A program made the position numbers and the translations under genes. From Oscillospiraceae bacterium (GTDB lineage Bacteria; Bacillota; Clostridia; Saccharofermentanales; Saccharofermentanaceae): a stretch of DNA of 64,000 nt. The stretch covers positions 15,938 through 79,937 of the forward strand of contig SVIZ01000010.1 of assembly GCA_015069205.1 (NCBI GenBank), in the 5' to 3' direction. The notes under the pieces were generated by a model that made no database searches, had not been told where the DNA came from, and saw nothing but the letters and a program-made list of their open reading frames with translations. Of the stretch, positions 46,711 to 56,042 are shown piece by piece (position 1 is the first letter of the stretch; each line of letters opens with the position of its first letter).

Positions 46711-47700
46711 ATGAAAGCAGAAGAACTGAAGCTTGTAACAGAATGGGATAAGACATTTCCGGAAAGTGATAAAGTTGATCACAGCAAAGTGACATTTATT
46801 AACCGTTACGGGATTACGTTAGCGGCAGATATGTATGTGCCTAAGGATGCAGAAGGAAGGCTTCCTGCGATCGCTGTAAGCGGTCCCTTTGGCGCAGTTA
46901 AGGAACAGTGCTCCGGGCTCTATGCCCAGACTATGGCTGAGAGGGGATTTATTACTATTGCTTTTGATCCTTCCTTTACCGGAGAGAGTTCCGGTGAGCC
47001 GAGATACATGGCATCTCCTGACATCAATACCGAAGATTTCATGGCAGCTGTTGACTTCCTTTCGTTATGCGAAAAGGTGGATCCGGAGCGTATCAGCATC
47101 ATAGGAATCTGCGGCTGGGGAGGCATGGCACTTAACACGGCGGCATTAGATCCCCGCATCAAGGTTACGGTCGCTTCGACCATGTATGACATGACCAGAG
47201 TCAACGCCAACGGTTATTTCGATTCTGAAGATTCGGAAGAACAGCGTTATGAGAAAAAGAAGGCGATGGCAGCACAGCGCCTCGAAGACCTTAAGAACGG
47301 CACTTATAAGCGTGCAGGAGGCTGTCTGCCTCTTCCTGTCCCTGAGGATGCTCCGTTCTTTGTAAAGGATTACAGCGAATACTACAAGGGCAGGGCATAT
47401 CACGCAAGGTCCCTTAACTCCAATGATGGATGGAACGTAACCGGTTGTCAGTCTTTCATGAATCAGCCGATTCTTAAGTACTCGGATGAGATAAGAAGCG
47501 CAGTGCTCATTATCCACGGCGAAAAAGCACATTCCTGCTATTTCTCGAAAGACGCATATGCGAATATGACAAAGGACAGCAAGTATACAGATAACAAGGA
47601 ACTCATGATAATTTCCGGAGCTGTTCATACGGATCTGTACGATAATCTCAATGTGATTCCGTTTGATCATATCGAAGAATTCATAAGGAAATACATATGA
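46711..47700 (+). CDS. Alpha/beta hydrolase (YcjY-like)
   Basis: GPFGAVKEQ, FDPSFTGES, nucleophile elbow GICGWGG, HTDLYD. Confidence 0.88.
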   Translation: MKAEELKLVTEWDKTFPESDKVDHSKVTFINRYGITLAADMYVPKDAEGRLPAIAVSGPFGAVKEQCSGLYAQTMAERGFITIAFDPSFTGESSGEPRYMASPDINTEDFMAAVDFLSLCEKVDPERISIIGICGWGGMALNTAALDPRIKVTVASTMYDMTRVNANGYFDSEDSEEQRYEKKKAMAAQRLEDLKNGTYKRAGGCLPLPVPEDAPFFVKDYSEYYKGRAYHARSLNSNDGWNVTGCQSFMNQPILKYSDEIRSAVLIIHGEKAHSCYFSKDAYANMTKDSKYTDNKELMIISGAVHTDLYDNLNVIPFDHIEEFIRKYI

Positions 47701-48719
47701 AGATAAGAAGAGCCTTTTCACTCATTGTTCTGGTATCGGTCGTGTTGGCGGCAACAGCCTGCAGCACGCAGCAGAGCACTGCTTCAGTTGCTGCTACTGT
47801 GCAGACAACGGAGACAAGTACGGCTTCTGAGGAGACATCCATGAGTGAGCAGACGACAGCAACAACAGAACAGAGCATTGAAGCCAAAGCCGGTGCCTTT
47901 GACATGGTAAACAAAAAAGTCAGGCTCAACAGCGGATATGACATGCCTATAATGGGACTCGGTACTTATTCGCTTGATTACGATACCTGTGTCAATTCCG
48001 TAAAAGCATTGCTCGGGAACGGCGGAAGACTGATCGATACGGCATATATGTACGGCAATGAGGACGCTGTAGGTGAAGGCGTCAGACAGGCGATGGAAGA
48101 GTATAACATTCCCCGTGAAGAGATATTCGTCATCACAAAGATATATCCAAGCCAGTATAACGAACCGGAAGAAGCGATAGATATGGCTCTTGAAAAGCTT
48201 GATATAGGTTATATAGACATGATGCTCCTCCACCATCCGGGAACAGGAGATATCGATGCTTACAAGGCGATGGAAAAGTATGTTGCTCAGGGAAAGATCC
48301 ACTCTTTGGGACTTTCAAACTGGTATGTGAAGGAACTTACGGTTTTTCTTCCTGAGGTATTCATAACTCCGGCGCTTGTACAGAACGAAATACACCCTTA
48401 CTATCAGGAACAGGATGTGGTCCCATTCATTCAGGAAAAAGGAATCGTTGTCCAGTGCTGGTATCCTCTCGGAGGAAGAGGTCATACTTCAGAACTCCTC
48501 AATGACGAGACGATCAGTTCGATCGCAGAGGCACACGGAGTGTCTTCGGCACAGGTGATCCTGCGTTGGGATCTGCAAAGAGGAATAGTTGTGATCCCGG
48601 GTTCAAGCAATCCGGATCATATAAAAGAGAATCTCGATCTATTCGGTTTTGAACTTTCGGATGAAGAGATGGCAAGGATAAATGCTCTCGACCGGAATGA
48701 AAAGCACGACTGGTATTAA
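47697..48719 (+). CDS. Aldo/keto reductase with lipoprotein signal peptide
   Basis: LAATA-C lipobox, S/T linker, GLGTY, IDTAYMY, FVITKI, LLHHP, IPGSSNPDHIKEN. Confidence 0.88.
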   Translation: MKIRRAFSLIVLVSVVLAATACSTQQSTASVAATVQTTETSTASEETSMSEQTTATTEQSIEAKAGAFDMVNKKVRLNSGYDMPIMGLGTYSLDYDTCVNSVKALLGNGGRLIDTAYMYGNEDAVGEGVRQAMEEYNIPREEIFVITKIYPSQYNEPEEAIDMALEKLDIGYIDMMLLHHPGTGDIDAYKAMEKYVAQGKIHSLGLSNWYVKELTVFLPEVFITPALVQNEIHPYYQEQDVVPFIQEKGIVVQCWYPLGGRGHTSELLNDETISSIAEAHGVSSAQVILRWDLQRGIVVIPGSSNPDHIKENLDLFGFELSDEEMARINALDRNEKHDWY

Positions 48720-48733
48720 CGGGGTAAACTTAT

Positions 48734-49306
48734 ATGAGAATGAACATTGCAGCCGCTTTGACCGCAGGCACGATCCTGGTAAGTCTGGCAGGTTGTTCTG
48801 CGGCTCCTGAATCTGCAACAACTTCTGCAACGCAGATTACGACTTCGGCTGAAGAAACGTCCGAAATGACAACAGAAAACATTACCGCAACTGCAATATC
48901 TGAAACGTCTGAAACGACTGCTCAGACAGAAGAGACGACTACCGTCACGGAGGCAGAAATATCAATGACATTAAAGATTGGAGAAAGGGAAGTTCAGGTC
49001 ACTTGGGAAGATAATGATTCAGTTGATGACCTGAAGAAGCTTGCAGCGTCAGGGCTGACTATAAAGATGTCTATGTACGGCGGTTTTGAACAGGTGGGAC
49101 CGATAGGACAGAGCATTGCAAGAGATGACGAGCAGATAGCGACTGCTCCCGGTGATATCGTCCTTTATTCCGGAGACCAGATCGTTGTGTTCTATGGTTC
49201 AAATTCCTGGGAGTATACAAGACTTGGAAAGATAAACATGTCGGAAGATGAACTGACAGAACTTCTGGGAAATGGAGATGTTACAATCACTCTAAGTGTT
49301 GAGTAG
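48734..49306 (+). CDS. Cyclophilin-like fold lipoprotein
   Basis: LAG-C lipobox, T/E linker, MSMYGGFEQVG, GDIVLYSGDQIVVFYG, YTRLGKI. Confidence 0.8.
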   Translation: MRMNIAAALTAGTILVSLAGCSAAPESATTSATQITTSAEETSEMTTENITATAISETSETTAQTEETTTVTEAEISMTLKIGEREVQVTWEDNDSVDDLKKLAASGLTIKMSMYGGFEQVGPIGQSIARDDEQIATAPGDIVLYSGDQIVVFYGSNSWEYTRLGKINMSEDELTELLGNGDVTITLSVE

Positions 49307-49392
49307 GAGGACATATCCAATGCTGGAGAAACATATCTGTAATGCCTTTTTCTCGTAGATTTTCTTTTTAATTCAAGACTATGTTTCATATT

Positions 49393-49425
49393 AAACCCCT
49401 GAAGTTTGTCCAACTTCCGGGGTTT
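49393..49425. terminator. Terminator hairpin
   Basis: AAACCCCTGAAGTT...AACTTCCGGGGTTT. Confidence 0.7.
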
Positions 49426-49559
49426 ACTTCATAACGGAATGCCCTTTATTGCTTAATAGTGTTGCTATGCTTGACATGTCTGTCCTACTTGGATATAAAC
49501 ATATTTATGCGATAGGTTTCAAGAAAATTGAGAAATGAATAAACTCAAGGAGTAGATCC

Positions 49560-50153
49560 ATGATCACAAGAGATGAAGCATTTGAATTGCTTAAGAAATA
49601 TAATAAGGATCCTTTTCATATCCAGCATGCTCTTACAGTTGAGCTGGTTATGCAGTGGTATGCAAAGGAGTTAGGTTATGCCGAAGATGCAGAGTATTGG
49701 GGAATCGTAGGACTCCTTCACGATATAGATTTCGAGATTTATCCTGATGAACATTGTCTTAAGGCTCCCACGTTATTAAGAGACGGCGGTGTTGGTGAAG
49801 ATATCATTCATGCGGTTTGCTCACACGGATATGGAATTACCGTAGGATGCGGAGAGACAATTGATGTTGAGCCTGTTCATGAGATGGAGAAGGTGTTGTT
49901 TGCAGCTGATGAACTTACCGGCCTGATCGGTGCTGCAGCCCTTATGAGACCTTCGAAAAGCACGAAGGACATGGAACTCAAATCGTTGAAGAAAAAATAC
50001 AAGAGCAAAGGTTTTGCCGCGGGATGTTCCAGGGAAGTAATCGAACGCGGGGCCGTTCAGTTGGGCTGGGAACTTGATAAGCTCCTTACCATGACTTTGC
50101 AGGCGATGGCAGATACTGAAGATGAATTGAATGCAAGGCTCTCTGTGACTTGA
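49560..50153 (+). CDS. HD-domain hydrolase
   Basis: QHALTVE, LLHDIDFE, AADELTG, FAAGCSR. Confidence 0.85.
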   Translation: MITRDEAFELLKKYNKDPFHIQHALTVELVMQWYAKELGYAEDAEYWGIVGLLHDIDFEIYPDEHCLKAPTLLRDGGVGEDIIHAVCSHGYGITVGCGETIDVEPVHEMEKVLFAADELTGLIGAAALMRPSKSTKDMELKSLKKKYKSKGFAAGCSREVIERGAVQLGWELDKLLTMTLQAMADTEDELNARLSVT

Positions 50154-50227
50154 TCACATGAATATACGGAGAACAAGGTTGTTTATATGCTGAGCGAAGA
50201 CTATCGTGAAAGGGAGATGATGTATTT

Positions 50228-50449
50228 ATGAAATCGATCTTGATCAAAGATACGACCCGCGAAGAACGTGAAGCAATCGTAAGAGCATCTCTCGATTGCG
50301 GCGGCGGTTGCGAGAATTGTTCATCCTGCTGGCTGGGCGGCGGATCACCATGGGACATTTACCAGGACTATATCGATGGCAAACGCGAGATCAAAGAGAT
50401 CAACATGGGATATATGGAAGAATACCGCCAGAACAGGCAGATTACCTGA
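50228..50449 (+). CDS. Small Cys-rich protein 1 (Cx3Cx2Cx2C)
   Basis: TTREERE..CGGGCENCSSC..YQDYIDGKREI. Confidence 0.75.
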   Translation: MKSILIKDTTREEREAIVRASLDCGGGCENCSSCWLGGGSPWDIYQDYIDGKREIKEINMGYMEEYRQNRQIT

Positions 50450-50461
50450 GGATAACAGTTA

Positions 50462-50665
50462 GTGAATAATGAACCTGACATTATAAGTTCAACTGAAGAA
50501 GAACGGAGAGAGTATATAAAAAATAGATTTCCATGTATTGCGGATTGCGATATGTGTGGTCTGTGTAAGATCTTTCATGGAAGAGATCCCGAAGCAGCCT
50601 ATGAAGATTATATCTTCGGGAAGCGTTCATTTACTGAAGTATCAAGTGATTATAAAGGCAGATAA
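50462..50665 (+). CDS. Small Cys-rich protein 2 (Cx3Cx2Cx2C)
   Basis: STEEERR..CIADCDMCGLC..YEDYIFGKRSF. Confidence 0.75.
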   Translation: MNNEPDIISSTEEERREYIKNRFPCIADCDMCGLCKIFHGRDPEAAYEDYIFGKRSFTEVSSDYKGR

Positions 50666-50728
50666 TTGCAAAAGCCTTTGGAAGTCTTTTTATATTCGCA
50701 ATTCCGGATGTTGATTTGTTGTTGAAAC

Positions 50729-50771
50729 ATGTATCAACTTGATATATGATTGATATATCAAAATGATATAT
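50729..50771. promoter_or_regulatory. Tandem palindromic operator upstream of padR
   Basis: ATGTATCA-act-TGATATAT (50729-50747) and ATATATCA-aaa-TGATATAT (50753-50771). Confidence 0.75.
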
Positions 50772-50782
50772 GGAGATTTGCC

Positions 50783-51349
50783 ATGGCAAGTGATAACAAA
50801 ATGAATCTGGTTATCTTAGGGTTGCTCGATCATGAAGACCTGACCGGATACGATATTAAGAAGAGGATCGACGGCAGTCTGTGCTATTTCTGGAAGGGAA
50901 GTTTTGGCAGTATTTACCCTGCACTGTCTTCACTTGAAGAGAATGGGCTGATCAAAAAAGTTAAGGGCAAAAGCAGCAGCACCGGACGTGAAAAGATCGT
51001 TTATAAGATCACTGCTGCCGGTCGCAAAAATCTTCTCGCATGGCTGTCGGAATCGAAGTCATCCAACAGTCTTAAGTATGAGACTCTCTTAAAACTTTAT
51101 TTCGGGGGCGTTGCAGATAATGAAGTTTCGATTGCGACGATAACTGAATTCGAGAAAGCGGTTGAAGCAGATCTCGCGGTGCTCAAGACATATAAGGACA
51201 ATCTCAGCAAAGTATTGGACGAGAGAGATCATGTCTTTTTCTATCTAACAGTCACATTCGGCATAGAGACATACGAAGCATATCTTCGCTGGTGCGGGTA
51301 TGCGAGAAAGATTCTTTCAGGAAAGAAGATCGTGAGGAGCAAAAGATGA
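50783..51349 (+). CDS. PadR-family regulator with C-terminal domain
   Basis: VILGLL..LTGYDIKK..GSIYPALSSL..KIVYKITAAGR; start set to ATG 50783. Confidence 0.92.
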   Translation: MASDNKMNLVILGLLDHEDLTGYDIKKRIDGSLCYFWKGSFGSIYPALSSLEENGLIKKVKGKSSSTGREKIVYKITAAGRKNLLAWLSESKSSNSLKYETLLKLYFGGVADNEVSIATITEFEKAVEADLAVLKTYKDNLSKVLDERDHVFFYLTVTFGIETYEAYLRWCGYARKILSGKKIVRSKR

Positions 51350-51822
51350 AAAGAATAATTATCTACTATTCACTGTCAGGAAATACGGAAGAAGCAGTTA
51401 AGTTAACAGCTGAACAGTTGGGATGCGATACTTTAAAGATTGATACAGAAAAGCAGATGCCGAAATCTTTTGCAGCACGAATGCTTGTCGGCGGCGGGCA
51501 GGTCGCATTTAATAAAATACCGAAGCTTAAACCGATAGATAAAGACCTTAATTCATATGATGAGTTCTTCATCGGAACGCCGATCTGGAACAGCAAGGGA
51601 GTCCCTGCGATCAATGCTCTTCTGAAGGATGAGAATATAAGCAGAAAAGTCACTGGCCTGATAATAACATCCGGTGGCGGAGATATAGATAAATGCGTGA
51701 AGGCATTAAAAGACAGGATTCCGAATCTGAAATATCAGGTCTCGCTTCTCGACAGAAAACACCAGGATTATCAGCAAAATGGAGACAAGATAAAGAAGTT
51801 CGTTGAAGAGGTAAACAGCTGA
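51346..51822 (+). CDS. Flavodoxin-like protein
   Basis: YYSLSGNT, IGTPIWNS, TSGGG; ATGA overlap with padR. Confidence 0.85.
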   Translation: MKRIIIYYSLSGNTEEAVKLTAEQLGCDTLKIDTEKQMPKSFAARMLVGGGQVAFNKIPKLKPIDKDLNSYDEFFIGTPIWNSKGVPAINALLKDENISRKVTGLIITSGGGDIDKCVKALKDRIPNLKYQVSLLDRKHQDYQQNGDKIKKFVEEVNS

Positions 51823-51891
51823 AATAAACGTCTGCGGCTAGGGCAATAATCACCGATCAATACGAGTGATATAATTACCCTGTCAGGAGAT

Positions 51892-53199
51892 ATGCGAATG
51901 GAAAAGTCGATAGGCGGATCAGGCAAAGAATACAGCAAATTGTGTCTGGCAGGTTTTATTCTCACGATCATGCCTGTACTATTGTTGCCATTATGTTTAA
52001 TCTTCCCTAGGGAATATGGAGTCGTGGCAGCTTTGGCCATTATATTATTGATGCCGCTTACCGGTTTAATTGTATCAATAGTAGGACTCATAACTGCCGG
52101 TAGAAAAGGCAAGACTGGCAAGGGATTTGGTATAGCAGGAGTTGTATTGCCGAGTCTTGTCATGACTGCAATCGCCATAATTCTCATTCCTGTTTTTGTT
52201 TTTTTTATTGGAGTCTCCAGTTCTGCCGGGAAACTTGCGAAAAATGAGATGTATCCGTTAGGTTATATGGGAGAGCCCAAGAACACGGAATACGATGTCA
52301 GTAAGTACAGGATTCCCGGAGAATATGTTTTCTATTCCAATGACCTATCCGTCAGCGAAAATGAATTTGAGGCGTATGCCGAATCCAAATTGCAGACAAT
52401 AGAGAACACAACTGATATGAGTATCAGAGGCGTATATCAGGATTACAATTTTCTTATAGTCAGAAGTGACAAGCGAGATGCTTGGCTGGAATCTAACGGT
52501 TACGGCGGTTTCCAATATAATGACGGATATGCTTCTATCTCCTATCCAAGACAGGGAAGGGAGTGGATGATAATTCCGGAGACACTTGCTGTATACCTGG
52601 ATCCATCCGACAAATATATAATCATTACTAATTGCAATGACTACAAAGTTATAGCAGAGTTTTTCGAAGGTATAGGAGAGGCTGTGCCGACTGAAGCAAC
52701 GACTGAAGAGACTACAGAAACACAAGCACCCAACCCGCCAGAGTTTTATGATGAATACGAATCAGTCGTTTACCTCAGAGAAAACATTAATGAGGATATG
52801 TCCTTGCTTGACATAATCAATGTTTTCGATGAATCGTGCAAGTATACCAGGGATGAAAATATGGATATGTTTAACCTCGAATTCGGTACGTTCAATTACT
52901 ACACATACGATCATTATGCCGATGAACATGTCGATTTGGGTAAGTACTACTGTTTCTGCATGGAAAGATGGTTTACTGCCGAGGACGGGCGTGATTATAT
53001 AATCTACGTAAGTGTCCTATATGAGGTTAACGACACCAATAAGGACTATAAGCATGTTAGGATGACTAATATCCCCAAAGACTGTTCAGATTTCTTCGAT
53101 TATTTCCGCAAGTCATACGCATACGATTACGCCTCGACAGAAGACATAGCCAGAGTAGACATCTATATGATAGATATGGATTCTTACCAGGAGTATTAA
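51892..53199 (+). CDS. Membrane protein (DUF4190-like TM region plus extracytoplasmic domains)
   Basis: Three N-terminal hydrophobic segments with G..VSIVGL....K.GKGFGIAG; T/E-rich linker. Confidence 0.65.
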   Translation: MRMEKSIGGSGKEYSKLCLAGFILTIMPVLLLPLCLIFPREYGVVAALAIILLMPLTGLIVSIVGLITAGRKGKTGKGFGIAGVVLPSLVMTAIAIILIPVFVFFIGVSSSAGKLAKNEMYPLGYMGEPKNTEYDVSKYRIPGEYVFYSNDLSVSENEFEAYAESKLQTIENTTDMSIRGVYQDYNFLIVRSDKRDAWLESNGYGGFQYNDGYASISYPRQGREWMIIPETLAVYLDPSDKYIIITNCNDYKVIAEFFEGIGEAVPTEATTEETTETQAPNPPEFYDEYESVVYLRENINEDMSLLDIINVFDESCKYTRDENMDMFNLEFGTFNYYTYDHYADEHVDLGKYYCFCMERWFTAEDGRDYIIYVSVLYEVNDTNKDYKHVRMTNIPKDCSDFFDYFRKSYAYDYASTEDIARVDIYMIDMDSYQEY

Positions 53200-53200
53200 C

Positions 53201-53803
53201 GTGAATCTTTTCGCAGACGAAAAACAAAACAAACTGATCAGCGATGCCAAAGACTATATCGCAAAGCTATTTGAAGGACACTCGGACGGACACGATCTTG
53301 ACCATAGTCTGAGAGTGTTTGTAAATGCAGTTTCGATTGCCCTGAAAGAACCGCCGTGCGATATCGAAGCAGTCGCACTCGCAGCACTTTTGCATGATGC
53401 CGACGATCACAAACTCTTTGATACGGTGAATAATCAGAATGCGAGAACGTTTCTTGAAAGCCACGATGTTGACAGCGACAAGATAGACTTCATCTGCACC
53501 ATCATCAACTCAGTCTCATTCAGCAGAAACAGAGGCAAGACTCCGGATTCTCTTGAAGGTAAGATCGTTCAGGATGCTGACAGATTAGATGCAATGGGTG
53601 CGATCGGAATTGCACGCACATTTGCATATGGCGGAAAACACGGCAGGCCGCTTGATGGAGGAATAGAGCATTTCCACGAGAAGCTTCTTCTTTTAAAAGA
53701 CGAGATGAATACCCAAACCGCACGTGAACTTGCCGAATCAAGACACGCATTCCTGGAAGAATTCCTCGCACGTTATGAAGAAGAAAATAATATGGACATA
53801 TAA
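53201..53803 (+). CDS. HD-domain phosphohydrolase
   Basis: GHDLDHSLRV, LLHDADD, IVQDADRLDAMGAIGIARTF. Confidence 0.9.
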   Translation: MNLFADEKQNKLISDAKDYIAKLFEGHSDGHDLDHSLRVFVNAVSIALKEPPCDIEAVALAALLHDADDHKLFDTVNNQNARTFLESHDVDSDKIDFICTIINSVSFSRNRGKTPDSLEGKIVQDADRLDAMGAIGIARTFAYGGKHGRPLDGGIEHFHEKLLLLKDEMNTQTARELAESRHAFLEEFLARYEEENNMDI

Positions 53804-53912
53804 TTGTCTGCCGTGACAAGCTGCAGCCAAATCGAATTGGTGTTCCTATAAATACTAAAAGGTAGTACACTTATAAATGTAAATAATCTTTTAGTTCCGG
53901 GAGCAAGGATTT

Positions 53913-54554
53913 ATGAACAATAAGCTTTACGTTCTATGCAAAATTGTTCTGACAATCAATGTGATAGCATCATTTCTGCTTTTTGGAATGCCGAAGTTCT
54001 TAACATGTGAGCATCATTTTATCGGATTGATCGAAAACTGTGATGCATATCTTTCCCAGGAGGATCTGATCTTGACTAGTACTGAAGGAAATGAAATATC
54101 CATTTCCCAGGGTGACAGGGTCTACATTCATCATTTCTATGGTGATGATGTAAGCATTATTGGCGGGACCGAACCTGAGGTAAAAACTGTATCAGCCTGG
54201 ACCGAGGAACCACATGCCAGATTTGAGATCAGTATTGAAGAATTGGAAGATCCGGAAAAATTCGAGAATGTCTCCGATCTTTACAAGCAGGAACAGGACG
54301 AAAAAAGACGTGAAGGTGAAGCAGAATTTGATAAGTATATGATGCGGAAAAGACTTTGGTTCTTTTTCCCTGCAGAGCATCTGATAAATTTTATGGTCGG
54401 CTTGTTATTTGCCGGTATCTCTTTTGCAATCGGAATCGCATTGTATAAAAATAGATATAACGTCAAAGGTAATACTGTGTTCTTTTCCGTTCTTTCTTTG
54501 ATCAAGATAGCGGGCATTGTTTATTTCTATATTCATCCTATCTTTTGTTTATAA
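53913..54554 (+). CDS. Hypothetical membrane protein
   Basis: One N-terminal and two C-terminal TM segments. Confidence 0.65.
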   Translation: MNNKLYVLCKIVLTINVIASFLLFGMPKFLTCEHHFIGLIENCDAYLSQEDLILTSTEGNEISISQGDRVYIHHFYGDDVSIIGGTEPEVKTVSAWTEEPHARFEISIEELEDPEKFENVSDLYKQEQDEKRREGEAEFDKYMMRKRLWFFFPAEHLINFMVGLLFAGISFAIGIALYKNRYNVKGNTVFFSVLSLIKIAGIVYFYIHPIFCL

Positions 54555-54583
54555 ATTGATCCGGCGCTCAGAAGGAGACTGAC

Positions 54584-55186
54584 ATGAAACTCAGAGCAAA
54601 AATGTTGATAATCTTATGTATCATATTTGCACTGCTGTCGACTGGAGTATATCTCCTTGGCGGGTATGTCGGGGACAATGTTCAAGGTCTCCACACTCAG
54701 TCTTTTGCACCTGTTAAGATCAAAAAAGTTCCTGATGAAGAAGATATAATGGTCTTTGTATATCCTGATGGAATCTATCCGCACGGATATTGCGACGAGG
54801 ACCATAATGTTCCGTTGAATTCAATAAGAAAAGGCTGGCTTGTAGCTCAATACCGGGGATACTGCTGTGTTGTGTTTGAACTGAAAAATACAGATATAGA
54901 ATTGGAACCTGATCCTGTCTTAAAACATCAGTATTATTATATTGAGCAGGTTCCAATCGACCGGTTAAGGATTACTGATTATACAGCAAGACATGGCGAG
55001 GAACCGCAAGATCGTTTCGACGGGGAGCATTCTTTGCCGATTATGAATTATCTCATTAATGATGAGATAAATGATTACTATACTGCAAGAATTGGAATAC
55101 TGGTCTTAATTGCAATAAATGCCGCATTCATCCTTCTTGCAGTCGGAATAAATCTGATAGCAAACGCGGTTGAAAAGAGAAGGTGA
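54584..55186 (+). CDS. Hypothetical membrane protein
   Basis: RBS AAGGAG; N- and C-terminal TM segments. Confidence 0.65.
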   Translation: MKLRAKMLIILCIIFALLSTGVYLLGGYVGDNVQGLHTQSFAPVKIKKVPDEEDIMVFVYPDGIYPHGYCDEDHNVPLNSIRKGWLVAQYRGYCCVVFELKNTDIELEPDPVLKHQYYYIEQVPIDRLRITDYTARHGEEPQDRFDGEHSLPIMNYLINDEINDYYTARIGILVLIAINAAFILLAVGINLIANAVEKRR

Positions 55187-55385
55187 TGATGGCTTTGTCA
55201 GAACCTTTTCCTGTTTTCGATGATTATGGAAAAGAATCAGGAAAAACAAGGGCTTTTTACCTAAATCATTTCCTGGTTTTGTTGATTTAGGTAACGATTT
55301 AGGAAAAGAGAAGACAACTGCGTTTTTAACGCGAAAAACTGATTCAGTCAGTTGTTTGTATTATGTTGAAGGACGTGTGAGTGAT

Positions 55386-56036
55386 ATGAGCAATGATAAG
55401 TGGTTTTGTTCCAAATGCGGAACTCAAAACAGTGGTAATTTCTGTTCCGAATGCGGAGCACTAAAAAAGACAGATGATCCGGTTACGTGCACATGCGGTT
55501 TTGTAGTTACCGGTAATTTCTGCACCAATTGCGGAGCGCCGCGTCCGCAGCTCCAATCATCAGTTAACAAGGGCGACAGACCTCTGACTGATACTGCACC
55601 GGCTATAGGCTGGACCTGCTCCAGGTGCGGCAAAGAAAACCAGACAGGGGAATTCTGTGACGAATGTGGTGAGAAGATAAAGAAGGTTGAACTCTTTTCG
55701 TGTTCTTCTTATCAAACATGTAATCCACCCAAATATGAAAGCGCGACTGTATATGAATTCTCCGATGCTGAACTCGTTTGCGTTATTTTCAATGACGGAA
55801 AATCAAAGTACAAGCTGCTCCCCAAAGACATTGCCGATACTGCCCTTAACATCATCAAAGAATATGGTATTGATAAGTGGAAGGACTATGAGAACATTAA
55901 TAATCCCATGATGGGCGGAAGCGTGTCTGTTATGTACAGAGACGGAGATAAGATGGTCGGTTCCACAATGGACCACATGGGTTCTGCCGTATCCGGCGCG
56001 TATTGGAAACTGATGTTGCTGTTTAACGGGAATTGA
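55386..56036 (+). CDS. Multi-zinc-ribbon protein
   Basis: CSKC..CSEC, CTC..CTNC, CSRC..CDEC. Confidence 0.75.
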   Translation: MSNDKWFCSKCGTQNSGNFCSECGALKKTDDPVTCTCGFVVTGNFCTNCGAPRPQLQSSVNKGDRPLTDTAPAIGWTCSRCGKENQTGEFCDECGEKIKKVELFSCSSYQTCNPPKYESATVYEFSDAELVCVIFNDGKSKYKLLPKDIADTALNIIKEYGIDKWKDYENINNPMMGGSVSVMYRDGDKMVGSTMDHMGSAVSGAYWKLMLLFNGN

Positions 56037-56042
56037 TCTCCG

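Noticed and set aside
53845-53875. Possible dif site (GTTCCTATAA resembles the Firmicutes XerC arm)
   Set aside because: The right arm does not match TTATGTAAACT
55257-55294. 12-bp inverted repeat TTACCTAAATCA / TGATTTAGGTAA as IS or MITE ends
   Set aside because: Only 14 bp apart, no transposase or target duplication, no second copy seen; may be an operator or terminator
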